Assembly: GCA_963693365.1 (NCBI GenBank) | Contig: CAVNZM010000014.1 | Coordinates: 6,262,001-6,326,000 of the forward strand | Source: Amoebidium appalachense | Taxonomy: Eukaryota; Protista; Ichthyosporea | DNA length: 64,000 nucleotides | Direction: 5' to 3' | Shown: in pieces, positions 17,645 to 44,549 of the stretch | How the letters are laid out: every line of letters begins with the position of its first letter | Numbering within the stretch: the stretch's first letter is position 1 | Made by a program: the position numbers and the translations under genes | Notes under the pieces: generated by a model | Databases searched by the model: none | What the model was told of the DNA's origin: nothing | The model's input: only the letters and a program-made list of their open reading frames with translations

Positions 17645-17645
17645 G

Positions 17646-17690
<45 letters not shown>

Positions 17691-18177
17691 TCATCTACTA
17701 GTACAGTGGTCTTCAAGTAGGTTGGGGCCCTGGCCAGTGGTCTACACATCACCGTGTAGAGACACCTCCCAACGAAAGTCTACTGCTGTCTTCATCGATC
17801 TTCAGTGTGTGCATCTTCAGTGGGGATTTCTTCTCCACCATCCGTCGTTTATTTATATACCACCATATATATAATGTATTTATCATTAGCCACCAACACG
17901 TCACACATACACTAGTTGTTTCTTCTATATATATTTATATATCACGTCATTGGCTACCGTCATCTTCCGAGTCTTCAGAGGCAACCGTCGTTGTGTGCTT
18001 CTTCCGTTTTGGTTTTCTTCCCCGGCTTGCACCTTCAAGTCTTCTCCATTGTCTTCTCGAGTGGGGAAACTTGACTGTGACTTCACGGCACCTACTTCTA
18101 CATGTGTGAAAGTCTTAACATCAACAGTCACATCAACAAACTTCACGAGAACCCAACTTCCAACCCTTGAGTGGGGA

Positions 18178-18885
18178 TGTCATCTTCACTTAATTCTCAG
18201 CAAGACTTAGAAGTTGAGTTTGGTATTTATTTATTAGTTGTTGTAGTTTGTTTCCTTTTCCTTTCTTCATTTCTTTCTTTCTTTTCCGTTTCCGTGTACA
18301 CGACATCTTAGATCTGTGTACGTATCGACATACTTAGCTCGCGCACACGTATTGTCGTTTGCGTCAAAATCTATATATGTCATCCAATCATATCTCGTTT
18401 GTATTTTCCCAAATATAGTAACTTACATTCCTTTCTCATTCCTTTCCCACGACGTAGCATTGTGCTATGTTCTTCAACTATTAGGAATAATTATATTTAG
18501 ACGTGTTATGATAAGAACATGTATAAATATATGTTATGAATTAATAGTTACATAAGTGGTTTCATTTTATTAAATGTTTCCGTGTTTTTATTAGAAGTTT
18601 CTTTCATTAGAGGATTGAGTTTTACATTCTAAATGTCGACAGACATTTTATTCGATATATTTTACACTCATAGTTTTCATTCTTTTGATTGGTTTATCGT
18701 TTCACATTCCCAAGTATAAAAGGGACCTCATCTTGAAATAAATCATAAGCAGTCGTATTCACTTCCTATGGTTCCAGAAATCGTTCCTCCTCTCCGGTTG
18801 TGTTTTTCCCGTGTGTCTTTGTGTTGTGTTTTACATAACACCCATCTGTGCTCTCTGCTTCTCCGTTTACCCACACAAAATAACA
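18178..18885 (+). repeat. Copia 3' LTR (708 bp), preceded by PPT GAGTGGGGA
   Basis: Direct repeat of 13039-13754. Confidence 0.97.
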
Positions 18886-18996
18886 GTATGTGTGTGTGTG
18901 TGCAGTGTGGTGTGTATGTATGCAGGGTGTCACGTGTCTGTGTATGTGTGTGTACATGCCAATGTGGGTGTGTGTGTTTGTACCAACGGTTTCTTG

Positions 18997-19031
<35 letters not shown>

Positions 19032-19464
19032 GCCACGGGGTGTGTGTGCGTACGCCGGGTACATGGTGTGTGTGTGCAGTGTAAGTGTGTGTGTGAGTGT
19101 GTGTGTGTGTGTGTGTGTGTTTGTGTGTGTGGGTGGGTGGGTGGGTGCATAGCATGTGATTGTACAGGGTGGATGCATGTGCACGTTTGTAATACAGTTA
19201 TCATGATCTGAGATAGATAGTATGTGCCTGTGCACGTGTACTAGCCTAGGTCACATGATTGTGTGGTGTCATGGCTGTGTATGTATGTGCATGTGTGTCT
19301 TTGAACGGAACACAGTGGTGCACAGTGTGTGTATCGCCTGCCATTGAAGACGCGTGCCACTGATCGTGATACACGTGGCACCTGCACCTGGTGGCCGTCG
19401 ACTCTGAGCATCTAGATCCATTCCATGTTTAGGCCTTCTGGGGGGGAATGGGGGGGGGGGGGGG

Positions 19465-22400
19465 TGTAAACAGTTGGACTAGTTAGGATAAGGCAGAGTA
19501 CAACTGAATCAAAATAAAGACAGAGAACGGGTAGAAAGGCACACGCGGCCAGGTTGCTTTTACTATGGGCCGACTCAGTCTGTCTCAGACTTCACTGATG
19601 TGATCCCCGTACTGGGACGGCTTTGTTATATAGCCCCCAGGTTTCGGATCAAGGCCCAGGATTGCTTCATCCGCGGCCAGCGCGGGTGGCAACATGCCAT
19701 TCGTGATTCTGGTGCGGTCCGAGCCAGTCAGACCTTTGTCCTATTTATGCAAACCTCTTATTGGTTCACTTCGTTTATGTGGTATGCAGCTGAAGAACCA
19801 TATATGGTTCAATTCTTAGGTCAGAGTGAGTCCTATTGGTGCGGACATAATATTTATGTGATATTCATGACAAAGCACGAATCGTGTGGTAGTAGATCAC
19901 ATTCTTTAGTAAACATGTACAGTTCAGGTGTACAGTTGTTTACACTCCCCCCCTTGTCGGGAGCCTGGTGGTGTCGTTAGACAAGCAAACCACCAGGCTG
20001 AGAGGCGATAAACAACCATCAGCGAGATTTTGTGTGCGCCGAGCTGCTGAACAGAACAGAGCAAGGACGGTGGAATAGAGTTGTGCACGTCTATGAGCAC
20101 TTCTTCATTTGCCAAAACACAAATTCATGCAGCATTCTTCTGTGTTTTCATTTTCGTGGCGAAGATTGTTGCAGAGTGTGCGTGCGAATTGTTCGCTTCG
20201 TCTCTGTGCTTGGCTTTTTCTGTAGAAGTAATATTTTCCTTTTTGGGGAATTTTTCCTTTTTAGGACACTCCCGCAGATTCGTTTTCAATTGCGAGTAAT
20301 TTAGTTGTGTGGATGAATGATCATACCAAACATTCGATAATGAATATAACTCAAGCCTTAGGTCACTTCGTAGCTCAGGTAGTGGTGGATAGCTTCAAGG
20401 CTTAGCCGCTGCTCCTTATCCCGGTTCTACCTTAAGACTGTAAGGCGAGTCACCATGGCCGGAAAAGCCACTTCTTTCATGAACAAAGAGCACTTCTTTC
20501 CTTTCAGCTTTAACCCTGCATCATCGGAGCTGGGAAAAACAGAATAAAAATGCCCTTAGTGTTCTTCGTTGGGTGACATAAAGAAATCTATCAGCCCGTT
20601 AGAACCATTAAAAACCCGGTTCATAATTCATAAGAAGAGGGTAGGCAAAGCAAGCCTTCTTCAGAAAACACCTGCTTCCATTCGTGAGCAGTTTTCGTAT
20701 CCCATGAGCCAGCGATTTTCGTTGAGCAGGGGGATTCCAGGCATAATACATTCTTCTGGAGGCTTGGCCTCAAAAGAAAAGTCGTCACGGTCGCCCTTTC
20801 TTTTGTAAGCAACTTCGTGAGCGCGCTTCGTATCTTCATATCCTCCAGTGCAGGTCTGGATGGTGCCCCATCCTCTGCTTCTTTTGTAGGTGGCCCTACT
20901 GTTGGTTCTGTTTGTTGTGTGGAAAACCAAAACCATTCGTGTTCGTGGAACTGCTTTGTGCTGTGCTTTCTTTCGTGTTGGTGTTCATGGAGTTACCCCA
21001 TTCACACACCTACTACTTTCATACATCAGACGTAAGTAGCTGCCTGGGGGGTGTGTGGTTCGTGTTCGTGGCATTCTTCTGTTCCTTCGTGAGAAGAATA
21101 TTCGTTTTAGCAGAGGTGCCCAATAAGGCAGCTTGTGGGGTTGTCTCCCGCATGTGCCCATTGGTGGGGTATGCACGTGCTAAATTGTTACAGTGTCATC
21201 ATATTGCAAGGGAATAACATGGTCACCTCCGTACCAGGGCCTAGGTACACATGATGGTCCGATGTGTTAGTCAACAACACCTTGCATTCGTATTCGTATT
21301 CGTCTTCCTCGTCACTTTCTTCAGTAGTGAAGGAGGGTATTCGTAATTCGAAACTGAAAGGCTTCCAGCCAAAATACTGACACTGTATGCTGGGGTTGTG
21401 AGGGAACGGTGCCCATACCACATTCTTTTGTTTTCTTTATTCTGGTGGGGGTGTGCCGGCAGCAATTTTATTTTGCATGCGGGTATTCCAGGCTTTACAG
21501 CATAGTTCGTATGTTATAGTATTTGTACAGTATTGCCACACACTGGCAGTTACCTGTAAATTCGTACCCCACAGCTTCGTTTGTTTCGCATGCACGAACA
21601 AAGTTCTGCATCGACTTTATTACATGCCTTCTGTGCACCAAGAGTGCAAATTCGTTGGGGCATGGCACCAGGAAGGGCCATACATGAGGCATATGTTCGT
21701 AATGTGTTTAGGCATGCCAGCATACGTTCATGCGCATGTTGTGCATCCTGTGCGATAAACTATGGGGCATGCTGTATTCGACAACAGCAAGAAATTCGAA
21801 GCATGCATGCAAAACTACTTTCACAGCACCTTATGTCCTACATGCTATAGGAACAGCGACTATCTTCTTCTTTAAATGCATTCGTGCTGAAAGTGGCCGT
21901 GCATCTGGCTTGCGAGTGTGGACGTGCATGCGGTGGCATGGACACGATGGCAGTGTGCAATAGGGCAATGCACGCAAGGGCAACGGTTTTATTTTCTTCC
22001 TAACATAGAGGGGGCTGTGTGCATTGCAACCCAAGCAGTGTTGTGCATTCGTTCTTTCATTTTCGTATTTCCAGTTCATTTTGCTTTCGTTTTTCGTTTT
22101 TTGTCGTTTGATAACTTCGTTACTTCGTTTTGTTTTCGTGTTGCATTCATTTCGTATTTCCTCTATGCAATCGTTTGTCGTTAATTCTTTATTTCATTGC
22201 GTATTCGTGATGGTTCGTTTTTCGTTGGTTCATTGCTTCGTTAGCAATTCTTTATTCGTTTGTTCGTGTATTCGTTGTTTCGTTGTGTATTCGTTTTTCT
22301 TCACATTTTTGATGTGTCGTAGCAAAAGAAGTTTTACATGCTTTCAATTCTTTCCGTGTAGGTGGGCTGGCCACTTCAAACTTGTAGGTGTATATATTCT

Positions 22401-23037
22401 AAGCCGGACAAGGGAAGATGTGCCTATCATCGGGGTAAAAAGGATTGTGATCGGCCATGGGAGATTCTTGAGCTGATTGAAAGATGTGAGATTCTTGAAC
22501 TGATTGAAAGATGTGAGATTCGAAGGATGCGAGATTCTTGAACTGCGCGGTCGCCAATGTAAACAGTTGGACTAGTTAGGATAAGGCAGAGTACAACTGA
22601 ATCAAAATAAAGACAGAGAACGGGTAGAAAGGCACACGTGGCCAGGTTGCTTTTACTATGGGCCGACTCAGTCTGTCTCAGACTTCACTGATGTGATCCC
22701 CGTACTGGGACGGCTTTGTTATATAGCCCCCAGGTTTCGGATCAAGGCCCAGGATTGGTTCATCCGCGGCCAGCGCGGGTGGCAACATGCCATTCGTGAT
22801 TCTGGTGCGGTCCGAGCCAGTCAGACCTTTGTCCTATTTATGCAAACCTCTTATTGGTTCACTTCGTTTATGTGGTATGCAGCTGAAGAACCATATATGG
22901 TTCAATTCTTAGGTCAGAGTGAGTCCTATTGGTGCGGACATAATATTTATGTGATATTCATGACAAAGCACGAATCGTGTGGTAGTAGATCACATTCTTT
23001 AGTAAACATGTACAGTTCAGGTGTACAGTTGTTTACA
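19465..23037 (-). mobile_element. Non-autonomous Ty3/gypsy-derived LTR element
   Basis: Two 480-bp LTRs (19465-19944, 22558-23037; TGTAAACA...TGTTTACA) with 2 differences seen. Minus-strand PBS TGGCGACCGCGCAG next to 22557 (tRNA-Arg-like 3' end) and PPT AAGGGGGGGAG next to 19945. RT remnant DAGLKLKGKKCSLFMKEVAF at ~20465-20525 (-). Flanked by G-runs. Confidence 0.92.
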
Positions 23038-23346
23038 GGGGGGGGGAGAGGGGACTCCGAGCTAGTGGGGGGGGGGGGGGGGGGGGATCTGCCTGAGAGG
23101 GGGGGGGGGAGGGGGTGAGGCCGGAGCGGCGGTGGGGAAGAAGGAGGGGCAGAACTGGTGGAGGGAACGGTGGGCAGCGGAGGAGGGGGGAATGGGGTTC
23201 GATTTCTGGGGGGGGAAGTTTTGAAGTGGAGGCCGGCCTGTATATACATGCGCAGGCATGTGCATTGTATGTTCATGTGGCCATGCATGGCTATAATGCA
23301 TATGTGGTGTCACGGCTGTGTGTGTGTGAATTTGTGTGTGTGTGTC

Positions 23347-23394
<48 letters not shown>

Positions 23395-23576
23395 GTTGTG
23401 TGCATAAATGTGTTTGGCGTGACAACATGTACATGTGCTAGGCTGGCGCTGTAGTCAGGGTCTGCCATTGAACATTCTATAGGGACAGGGAGGCACGTAC
23501 GTACGTGTGCAGCTTGTGTGGGTGGTGTATGCCCCGTGTATGATGAGACCTGCGAAAGTCATGAGAAGCTTCCCCC

Positions 23577-23619
<43 letters not shown>

Positions 23620-23938
23620 CTCTCGGACGTTCCGATTCGGCCGGGACGATTTTCGGAACTGTGTTTTCAAATATCGGAAATTCCGTTTTTTTTTCGTAAC
23701 TTCAAACCCTGTTTGCATTCATTCCTCCAATAAGATTATATCGACGGAATGCGGCTGGCACGCATATGGTATGCTTGCTTTTACGGTACTACGTAGCTAG
23801 CGTTTTTAGTAGGAATCAGCTCCCATAATAACTATTATAATGCAGGCAGGCAGGGGTTTTATCGAAGTCACGGCCCAGTGAGGCTGTATGTTTTTTCTCA
23901 CTATTCACTCATAGCACGGGCCGAGTCATGTATATTCG

Positions 23939-24727
23939 GGGGTTTACACACTTTTTATTGCGTGGACACTGCCGGAGGCCCAGCCACATTCGACGGCCTA
24001 CTGCGTTTTCCAGCACAGCCAATCAAATGCAGCCAGTGACATATGTACATGCTAGGCAACAATGAGCGCCATCGTAGTATATGACACCCCTATTACATAT
24101 TATGGGTAAGCAGAGGCTAGCATCGGTAGCTCCGAAAGAAAGTTAAGGCACCGGATCACAATATCATACTGTGCAGCATTAATAAGGTGATCTAGGATAG
24201 TCATCTTAAAACGGATATATTGAGGAAGAGAGGAAGAAAAGAGAATAAAACCGCCAACAACCTCCGGTTCTAATACATTAGCTAACAGGTTGCATTTATT
24301 GATAGATATGCAGCCGCGAGTAAACCGCCCCCCACACATATTACACATACGAGCAGGAGACACCAGAAACCGATTACACCGCCAAGCCATAATCATCTTT
24401 GCTTTGCGATGTATATTCTAATTAGTGCTGGTGAACATGCATATGTAAAAAGTTGAGCTTCAAATAAATAAGATACTGGCAGGCGAATGCGGGGCTCCCG
24501 TCTGCTAGATGGGGCCAGTGGCTCTGCAGGCTCATGCCCCTCGCGCAGGTAATCCAAAACTGTTATGAGAAATCGAATGTTGAAGAGTGTGTGTGTTTGT
24601 GATCCACGTCCTCTGTGTGTGCATGTGCTCATGTGTGTACACGTGTGTGCGTGTGTGTTCCTATGTGTATCACAGTGTGCACATGTGTGTGTGTGTGTGT
24701 GTGTGTGTGACGTGTGTGTGTGTGTGT

Positions 24728-24765
<38 letters not shown>

Positions 24766-24854
24766 CACGGTTCCTGTCGCGAGAAACTAGGAGGTACGTG
24801 TGCGGGGAAAGTCTTTGGGCGTTTGGGACAGGAAGAGAGGGGTGGGGTGGGGGT

Positions 24855-24935
<81 letters not shown>

Positions 24936-25744
24936 TTAGTACACACCTGCAGCTGTGCACCCAGGGCGACAGTAAACAGGAGCAGAACGACCTGCCAGGT
25001 CCTCATTCCACCACCAGAACCAACCTTGCGGGGACCCACATTGTGTGGGCAAATGACTCAACAACGCCGTTATAATTACGTGGCTACGCGAAGTACTTTT
25101 GAAAAGAAGTGTGCTTGGTTTGTTTCAGTACGTTTCCTGGCGTTACGTTTTACTGGGTGGTAACGTGCCATAGCTGCCCAAAACGCATTGCCGCGCTCGC
25201 TGCAAACAGCGAAACGATCTAGACAATTGGTACCGAGATGGGCGCAAATTGTCCAATCGCATTGAGAGACCCCCAAGATAGTCAAACTTTGTACCCCAAA
25301 AGTTCAAATTACAGTATTTGACCCCGGTATCCGTTCTCCGTTCCTTATCGGGGCTATAAACACCCACTTATTTGCTCTTCAAAATCCGTATCAGCGATTG
25401 GGCAAAAGCGTTTTTATCGTTTACCCTCCTCCCATTAGCCAATCAAATCGCATATATTCGCAGCTACCCCGGCCTCCCCTCACCTCCCCCCCTCCACGCG
25501 GATCTTTCGAACCCTACTCCTATGTGATCTCGTGGAGTAGAAAGGAGCCTACCGGCCCCAACAATCGATATCCACCCCGGCCGGGAGATCTATTATTACG
25601 AATGATTGACATTATCATTATTATTCACCATCACGCTAGTGAAATTTGTTGAAATTTGCACAAAAGACGCAGGGGGCAGTATGTATACGTGGGGTTTACA
25701 CACTTTTTATTGCGTGGACACTGCCGGAGGCCCAGCCACATTCG
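23939..25744 (+). repeat. 54-bp direct repeat pair (23939-23992 and 25691-25744)
   Basis: GGGGTTTACACACTTTTTATTGCGTGGACACTGCCGGAGGCCCAGCCACATTCG is present twice. Confidence 0.9.
24100..24590 (-). mobile_element. Probable LINE ORF2 C-terminal remnant
   Basis: IMAWRCNRF...CNMCGGRFTRGC...KC...TILDHLIN resembles the Cys-rich tail of non-LTR ORF2. AT-rich codons like the 10882-11308 fragment; frameshifted relative to the upstream stretch. Confidence 0.55.
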
Positions 25745-26157
25745 TACGTAGCTATAGTATTACAGTGTGCAGTGAGTATTGGTGCACCGGTGGGGCCGGC
25801 CACAAGTGGTCGATCCCGATAGATCTCAGACCTAGAGTTACTATTGTAGAAAGTATTCCTCCTCCAAGACATACTTATTACCAAAGCACCTTTGAATGCA
25901 TGCACGCAACAAATAACCTAGATCCCAAAGATCAAATACACACACACAAAAAAAAAAAAAAAAAAAAGAAAGAAAGAAAGAAAGAAAGACAGTTAACTTA
26001 CTTGTTGGCTATCTGAGGAATTTGCAGTCATCCGGGATTGATCAAGATCCGATAAATGCAACATCCCCCGGGCGCGCCCCGACACTTTGTACGGGGCTTG
26101 CTTAAGCCATATTGGAAATTCAGCATTTGACAATTGTTTTTTGTCTTGAGTTTTAAT

Positions 26158-27478
26158 CACGGCCCTCTGAACACACGGCCTTGGTGCAGAACGTCACGGT
26201 GAGCCACTTTTCAGATTCGGATGGTCCGATCGTCTCCCTGTACACAGTATACCGTACGGCGGGGCACATATTACACACTTATCGCGAGTGCCTGCATGCG
26301 CACATGTACACGATGTTACCCAAAAAGTACACGATGTTACACAAAACGCAAAACAATAGCATGCGTACGAGGACAATAATACAGAATGCAGACCTAGCTG
26401 CGAAAGCTCTGAGGCACGCTGAATACGAGGCTCTAGAGAGCCAGCTTGGTTGCGAACGTTTTTGGCCCTGGAAGGTATAAAAAGCGTGCACTCGAGCTCA
26501 GTCACGCAGTCAGTTAGTAAGCAAGTAAGTAAGCAGTCACTTCAAGTCTACAAGTCAGCCAGCCAGCACCGTCGCCAGCCGAGTCATCTACAAGTGCCGT
26601 CTACATCAAGTGGCCCCTTCAACACTTCAAGGAGACGCTAGCGTTGCATCTGCGACAAGTCCCAGGCCGAGGCTGCTACGACTGCTACATGACTGACTGC
26701 TGATGCTGCTACACACACACACGCACATTTGATTCTACACTAGCTAGAACTATTAATTCTCTCATACAAGGTCATGTCTATATATAACGAACAGCCTAGG
26801 ATAAATGGATTATTGTCCAGCCACGTGCAGAACCTTTAACATGTACCTTTGTGTCATGTAACATGCCGAGGCAAGCCTTTCCTACGAGCTGAATAAATAC
26901 CCAAGTAAGGCTTCGTCCTGTCTCATATTTTCACTCTGCAATGTCCATTCATTTAATATAAGTTAGGAGCACAAGGCACACACTCACTTATGATGGCCCC
27001 GCACACATATTTATTTATCTACACGCTTCCACATACTTTCTTATCTATCACGCCTCATCACTGCCTTCCTCCTAGGTGCAACCAGCACGAGCAGCTTTGA
27101 CCCACTCACGCAGTGCTGATAGTGCAGCCCAACAGCCCAGGATGCTCGACCTGGCTGCTGTCGAGGCAGATCTAGGCTATGAGGTGGAGGCTCGAGGATC
27201 TGGAGGAGGAGCTGCCACCCTTCGCGGCAGTATTGAATCTGTACTAAATATGTATGACAGTATGTACACAATATGTATGCATGTTTAATTGCACGGACTT
27301 TTTTGTTATTTATTGTTTTTCTGTTAGTGTGCACTACGGTTTTGCCTTGTTTCTTTCTATGTTTTGAACTGAATAAAGGGGAAACTCTTATGATATGCCT
27401 GGTTCTGACCATCCGAATCTGAAATTGATGACGTAGCACTAATGGCCTGCGCCAAGGCCGTGTGTTCAGAGGGCCGTG
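26158..27478. mobile_element. Non-autonomous TIR DNA transposon (hAT- or P-like by TSD length)
   Basis: 32-bp TIR CACGGCCCTCTGAACACACGGCCTTGG(T/C)GCAG, subterminal inverted repeat TTTCAGATTCGGATGGTC, and 8-bp TSD GTTTTAAT (26150-26157, 27479-27486). No transposase ORF. Confidence 0.92.
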
Positions 27479-27885
27479 GTTTTAATGCCATCCGATTTCC
27501 AGTCATATGCATGGTGGATCGGTACGTTGATCTATCGTAAATAGAGCCGAGGAAAATTCAGGACAAGCCAGCATATATAGAGAGACTTAGATTCACTGTA
27601 CTACGACATCAGTCACTACGTATACGTATGTACATGTCAAGGGAATAGATATGTGGACTGGAAGATTTATTCATTTTGAATACGTTTGTGCCACTTTTGC
27701 GCAGAACCCTTTTCTCGTAAACATTTAGATAGATGTACTTATTTATCTCAGATTATTCCGTTGGAAGTTAGAAGACTGGCTTCGTATTTAGATAATCCTG
27801 ATATTACGCGTACGCCTATCGCAATTGATTAATATTATCAGATTCTACTAAATCGCCGTATGTTTAACGAGTTTTCTAGGGTGTG

Positions 27886-27948
<63 letters not shown>

Positions 27949-28531
27949 TATCTAAGTCATTATCTCCTCCATGTCCGAGAGTAAGGGTAAGGGTCTTTGT
28001 GTCTCTTCTTCGCTGAGATATCTGTGATATCTCGATTGCCTCTACTTTGACGAGCGCGCATGTCAATATTATAAAGTCATAAAAGAAAATTTTAGATACG
28101 CAAAATGATAGACCCCAAGAAAGGGATAACTGAGGGGATCACATTTGGACTGCCAGATCCGAGGCCGTCAACTCAGTGGTTCGCACTTTTTTCGTTCATG
28201 ATATTTCTTTGAACATAAGCCAGTTCTTTGTGGCCTTTTCTTTTCGTCGACTGTTATTAATTTTTGAATATAAAAATATTTTATTGTTGGTGGCTGCCTC
28301 CGCCGTTCATTATGTTACTGTGTTGAAAGTTTTAGTCATGTACATTTTCGATATTTTTTTAACTTGTGGAATGCGGACCAATTCCAATATTCCCAGCTAT
28401 TGCCTTCATTGTTCATGCCAGAACGTCGGCGCTTTCGAAGCTGACGCCAGGCACTGGTCTGAACGTTTTTCAGTGTACACGCATGGTACACAGGAGGCTT
28501 CGCCGCACGGGCTGTATTGTGGTGCCTGAAA

Positions 28532-37313
<8,782 letters not shown>

Positions 37314-37794
37314 ATCTCTGCTGCTCAGTATCAGGGGATTACGTATCATATATTACTTATATTGGTTCACTCGACACGTGTACCTGCGTGTGTAACATCA
37401 AAATCTTCCGTGAGATTGTCTTGCGTGGTTCGGAATTACCGTCTTACGCTGCTAGTTTTACCAATATGTATCAGTTTAACAACGTAACATTTGTGTAACG
37501 TCCAAATAATGGCTGTGATGGGTCTGTGACCCAGAGTACTTAATAAAAGTAAGAGAATTCGCATCATTCCGTACTCTATTTTGATTGGATGGGGTTGTGG
37601 CAGCCATGGTGCTTTCTTTAAACCCCCCCCCCCCCCCCCCCGCGCAAACAATAAATAAAAAAATATAAATAAAAAAATCGGAGTTTGTCCTTTATGAGCG
37701 GTGTCGACCACACAGTGCAAGGGTTCCCCCCATTCACACCCTCTCCAGGCCGCGATATGTGGTATACATAGCGCTAGTGCAGAATTGAGCCTGT

Positions 37795-37980
<186 letters not shown>

Positions 37981-39229
37981 GCGTGTGTGCACTCATGTAT
38001 GTGAAAAAGTGCGTGTGTGTGTGTGCACAAGTGTACACACGTGACACCATGTGTGTGTGTGGTCTTTTTGATGCCGCCGCCGGCAGCAGTGCGTGATATG
38101 CGTCAGTGTGTTTCGGGAGAGGGGGGCTGGGGGTGGGTGGGGGGGGGTGAAGGGGAGAGGGGGAGAGAAGTGGAAAAGGGAAAGACGGGGAAGGGGGGCC
38201 GGGGGGGGGGGGGGGGAGGGGGGGGGGGGTCGATCCGGAGGAGTCCTTGGACCAAACTTTGCACAATGTTACAGTAGCTTCAAAGATGTGGATTCATAAT
38301 GGTTGGTTCATATCATATACAGCACCGTGGCTCAGATGATGGCTGCCAGAGTCCCACCCAATTAAAACAGTGCACGAGATATTAATAATAAAAAATAATC
38401 AAACGTTCTTGCATGTCATCAAAACATTTTAGGTTCAAATAGTCGTTCTCTTAAGCTCGTTACATCATCATGTGTTGGTCTATCTCTTCACCACCGTTTT
38501 CAACCCCCCCCCCCCCCCCCCCCCCACCTCCCCCCTCCTCCCCCCACCCCCTCCCCCCTTCCTCCCCACCGCCCTCCACTATTCGAGTCCTCCCCCCCCC
38601 CCTCCCCTCCCCATTCCAGCCATTATCACCTGCTTGTTTATTCCCCTTCACACCACATTCAACACCATATGATCTGGCTTTCAAGAGGCAGAGCTCCCTT
38701 CTTTTATCCAACTGTGTTACTGCATACGAAGGTGGTCCATGATGAGATAAACGGAGGCAAATCTGGGCAAAAGGCTAGATATCAACTTAAGACTCCTTGG
38801 CTAGTGGGTTCGTTATCTTACCATCTCCTTCCCTCCCCCAGCCCCCCATCCCCTCCCCCCTGCCCCCCCCCCCCCTCACCCCCCCCTCCCCCCCCCCCCC
38901 CCCCCCCCACCCACCAACCCGTCCACCCACCCACCCAACCATCCATGCACACACAGGCACGTGACCAGATATGCACGCACGCACACACGAACCAACAGGT
39001 GCATACTCTCACGATACCACACTTGTCGCACTCGCGCATCAAAACCCACACACACACACTCTCAGACTGACTGTTGACAAACACACCCACGACAATTCTT
39101 TTCCCCGTTGCATGGGAAACCAAGCACACGCTCTACTTTTTCTTTCTTTCTTTTTTTTTTTTTTTTTGGAAACAAAATAACTTGCATCTTTCACATCCTC
39201 TTGTTAAAGTTGCGCAGACGAAAGAAAAA

Positions 39230-39263
<34 letters not shown>

Positions 39264-39917
39264 CGTGGTTATCTTCGTTTTCCCCCAACCTCGGTAGATT
39301 TTAGAATTTTACTTGTCTTCAAATTTTCAGAAAGCTAGGACCGTTTAGGTGATATATCTTATTAGTGATCCGCGCTGTACTAACCATCCCCAGCCCACGA
39401 CCACAATTGATTACAGACAACCCCCCCCCCCCCCCCCTTCCCCCCCCCCTCCCCCCCTCCCCCCCCCCCTCCCCCCCCCCCCCCCCCCCCCCCCCCCGCC
39501 CTCCCACGCCTCCCCGGTCCCAGATAGGACCGTATGACGGACCCTCTCTAGCACCTGGTTGTACAAGACACGATTGATGACGTAAAATCAGGGGGGAACG
39601 GTTTAATCGGATCCCTGAACGACATAAAAGCCCCCTACAGTGGGGGGCTGGGGGGTGCGGCAGCCTCCCCATTTAGGGCTCAGACACACATATGGTAATG
39701 GTTTTTGGGATTAAGTTTTCATTTCAGTGATAAATTATCAAATACAGTGTTTTTTGCAATTTATGTAAGCAATCTCCCAATGCCTATGGGCCTCTGTCGT
39801 ACGGAAATACGTCCCGATGTCACTCCCTGCCCCCCCCCTCCCCCCCCCCCCCCCCCCCCCCGTCCCCCCCTTACCCTAACCCCCCTCGTCCACCCTGCCT
39901 CCCTCCCTTCTTTCCAA

Positions 39918-39956
<39 letters not shown>

Positions 39957-39959
39957 GGT

Positions 39960-44360
<4,401 letters not shown>

Positions 44361-44369
44361 TGCGGTGTG

Positions 44370-44429
<60 letters not shown>

Positions 44430-44516
44430 GGGGGGGGGGTGGATGGGTGGGTGGGTGGGTGGGTGGGTGGGTGGGTGGGTGGGTGCATCCCGGGGCTGAA
44501 GGGAGGGGCAGGAGAA

Positions 44517-44549
<33 letters not shown>

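Larger units (their letters stand above)
13039..18885 (+). mobile_element. Ty1/copia LTR retrotransposon, both LTRs intact, RT internally deleted
   Basis: TG...CA LTRs, 5-bp TSD GTATG (13034-13038 and 18886-18890), domain order Gag-PR-IN-RT-RNaseH. Inserted in a GT/GTAT microsatellite. Confidence 0.97.

Noticed and set aside
19600-19980. Duplicated ORF MIPVLGRLCY... (also at 22693)
   Set aside because: It lies within the two gypsy LTRs, antisense to the element, with no protein motif.
22460-22545. Short repeats GAGATTCTTGAACTGATTGAAAGATGT resembling a CRISPR array
   Set aside because: Tandem units without unique spacers, located in the retroelement leader; eukaryotic context and no cas genes.
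38322-38440. SINE/tRNA-like A-box (TGGCTCAGATG) and GGTTCAAAT
   Set aside because: Spacing is too long, there is no cloverleaf, and there is no second copy in the window.
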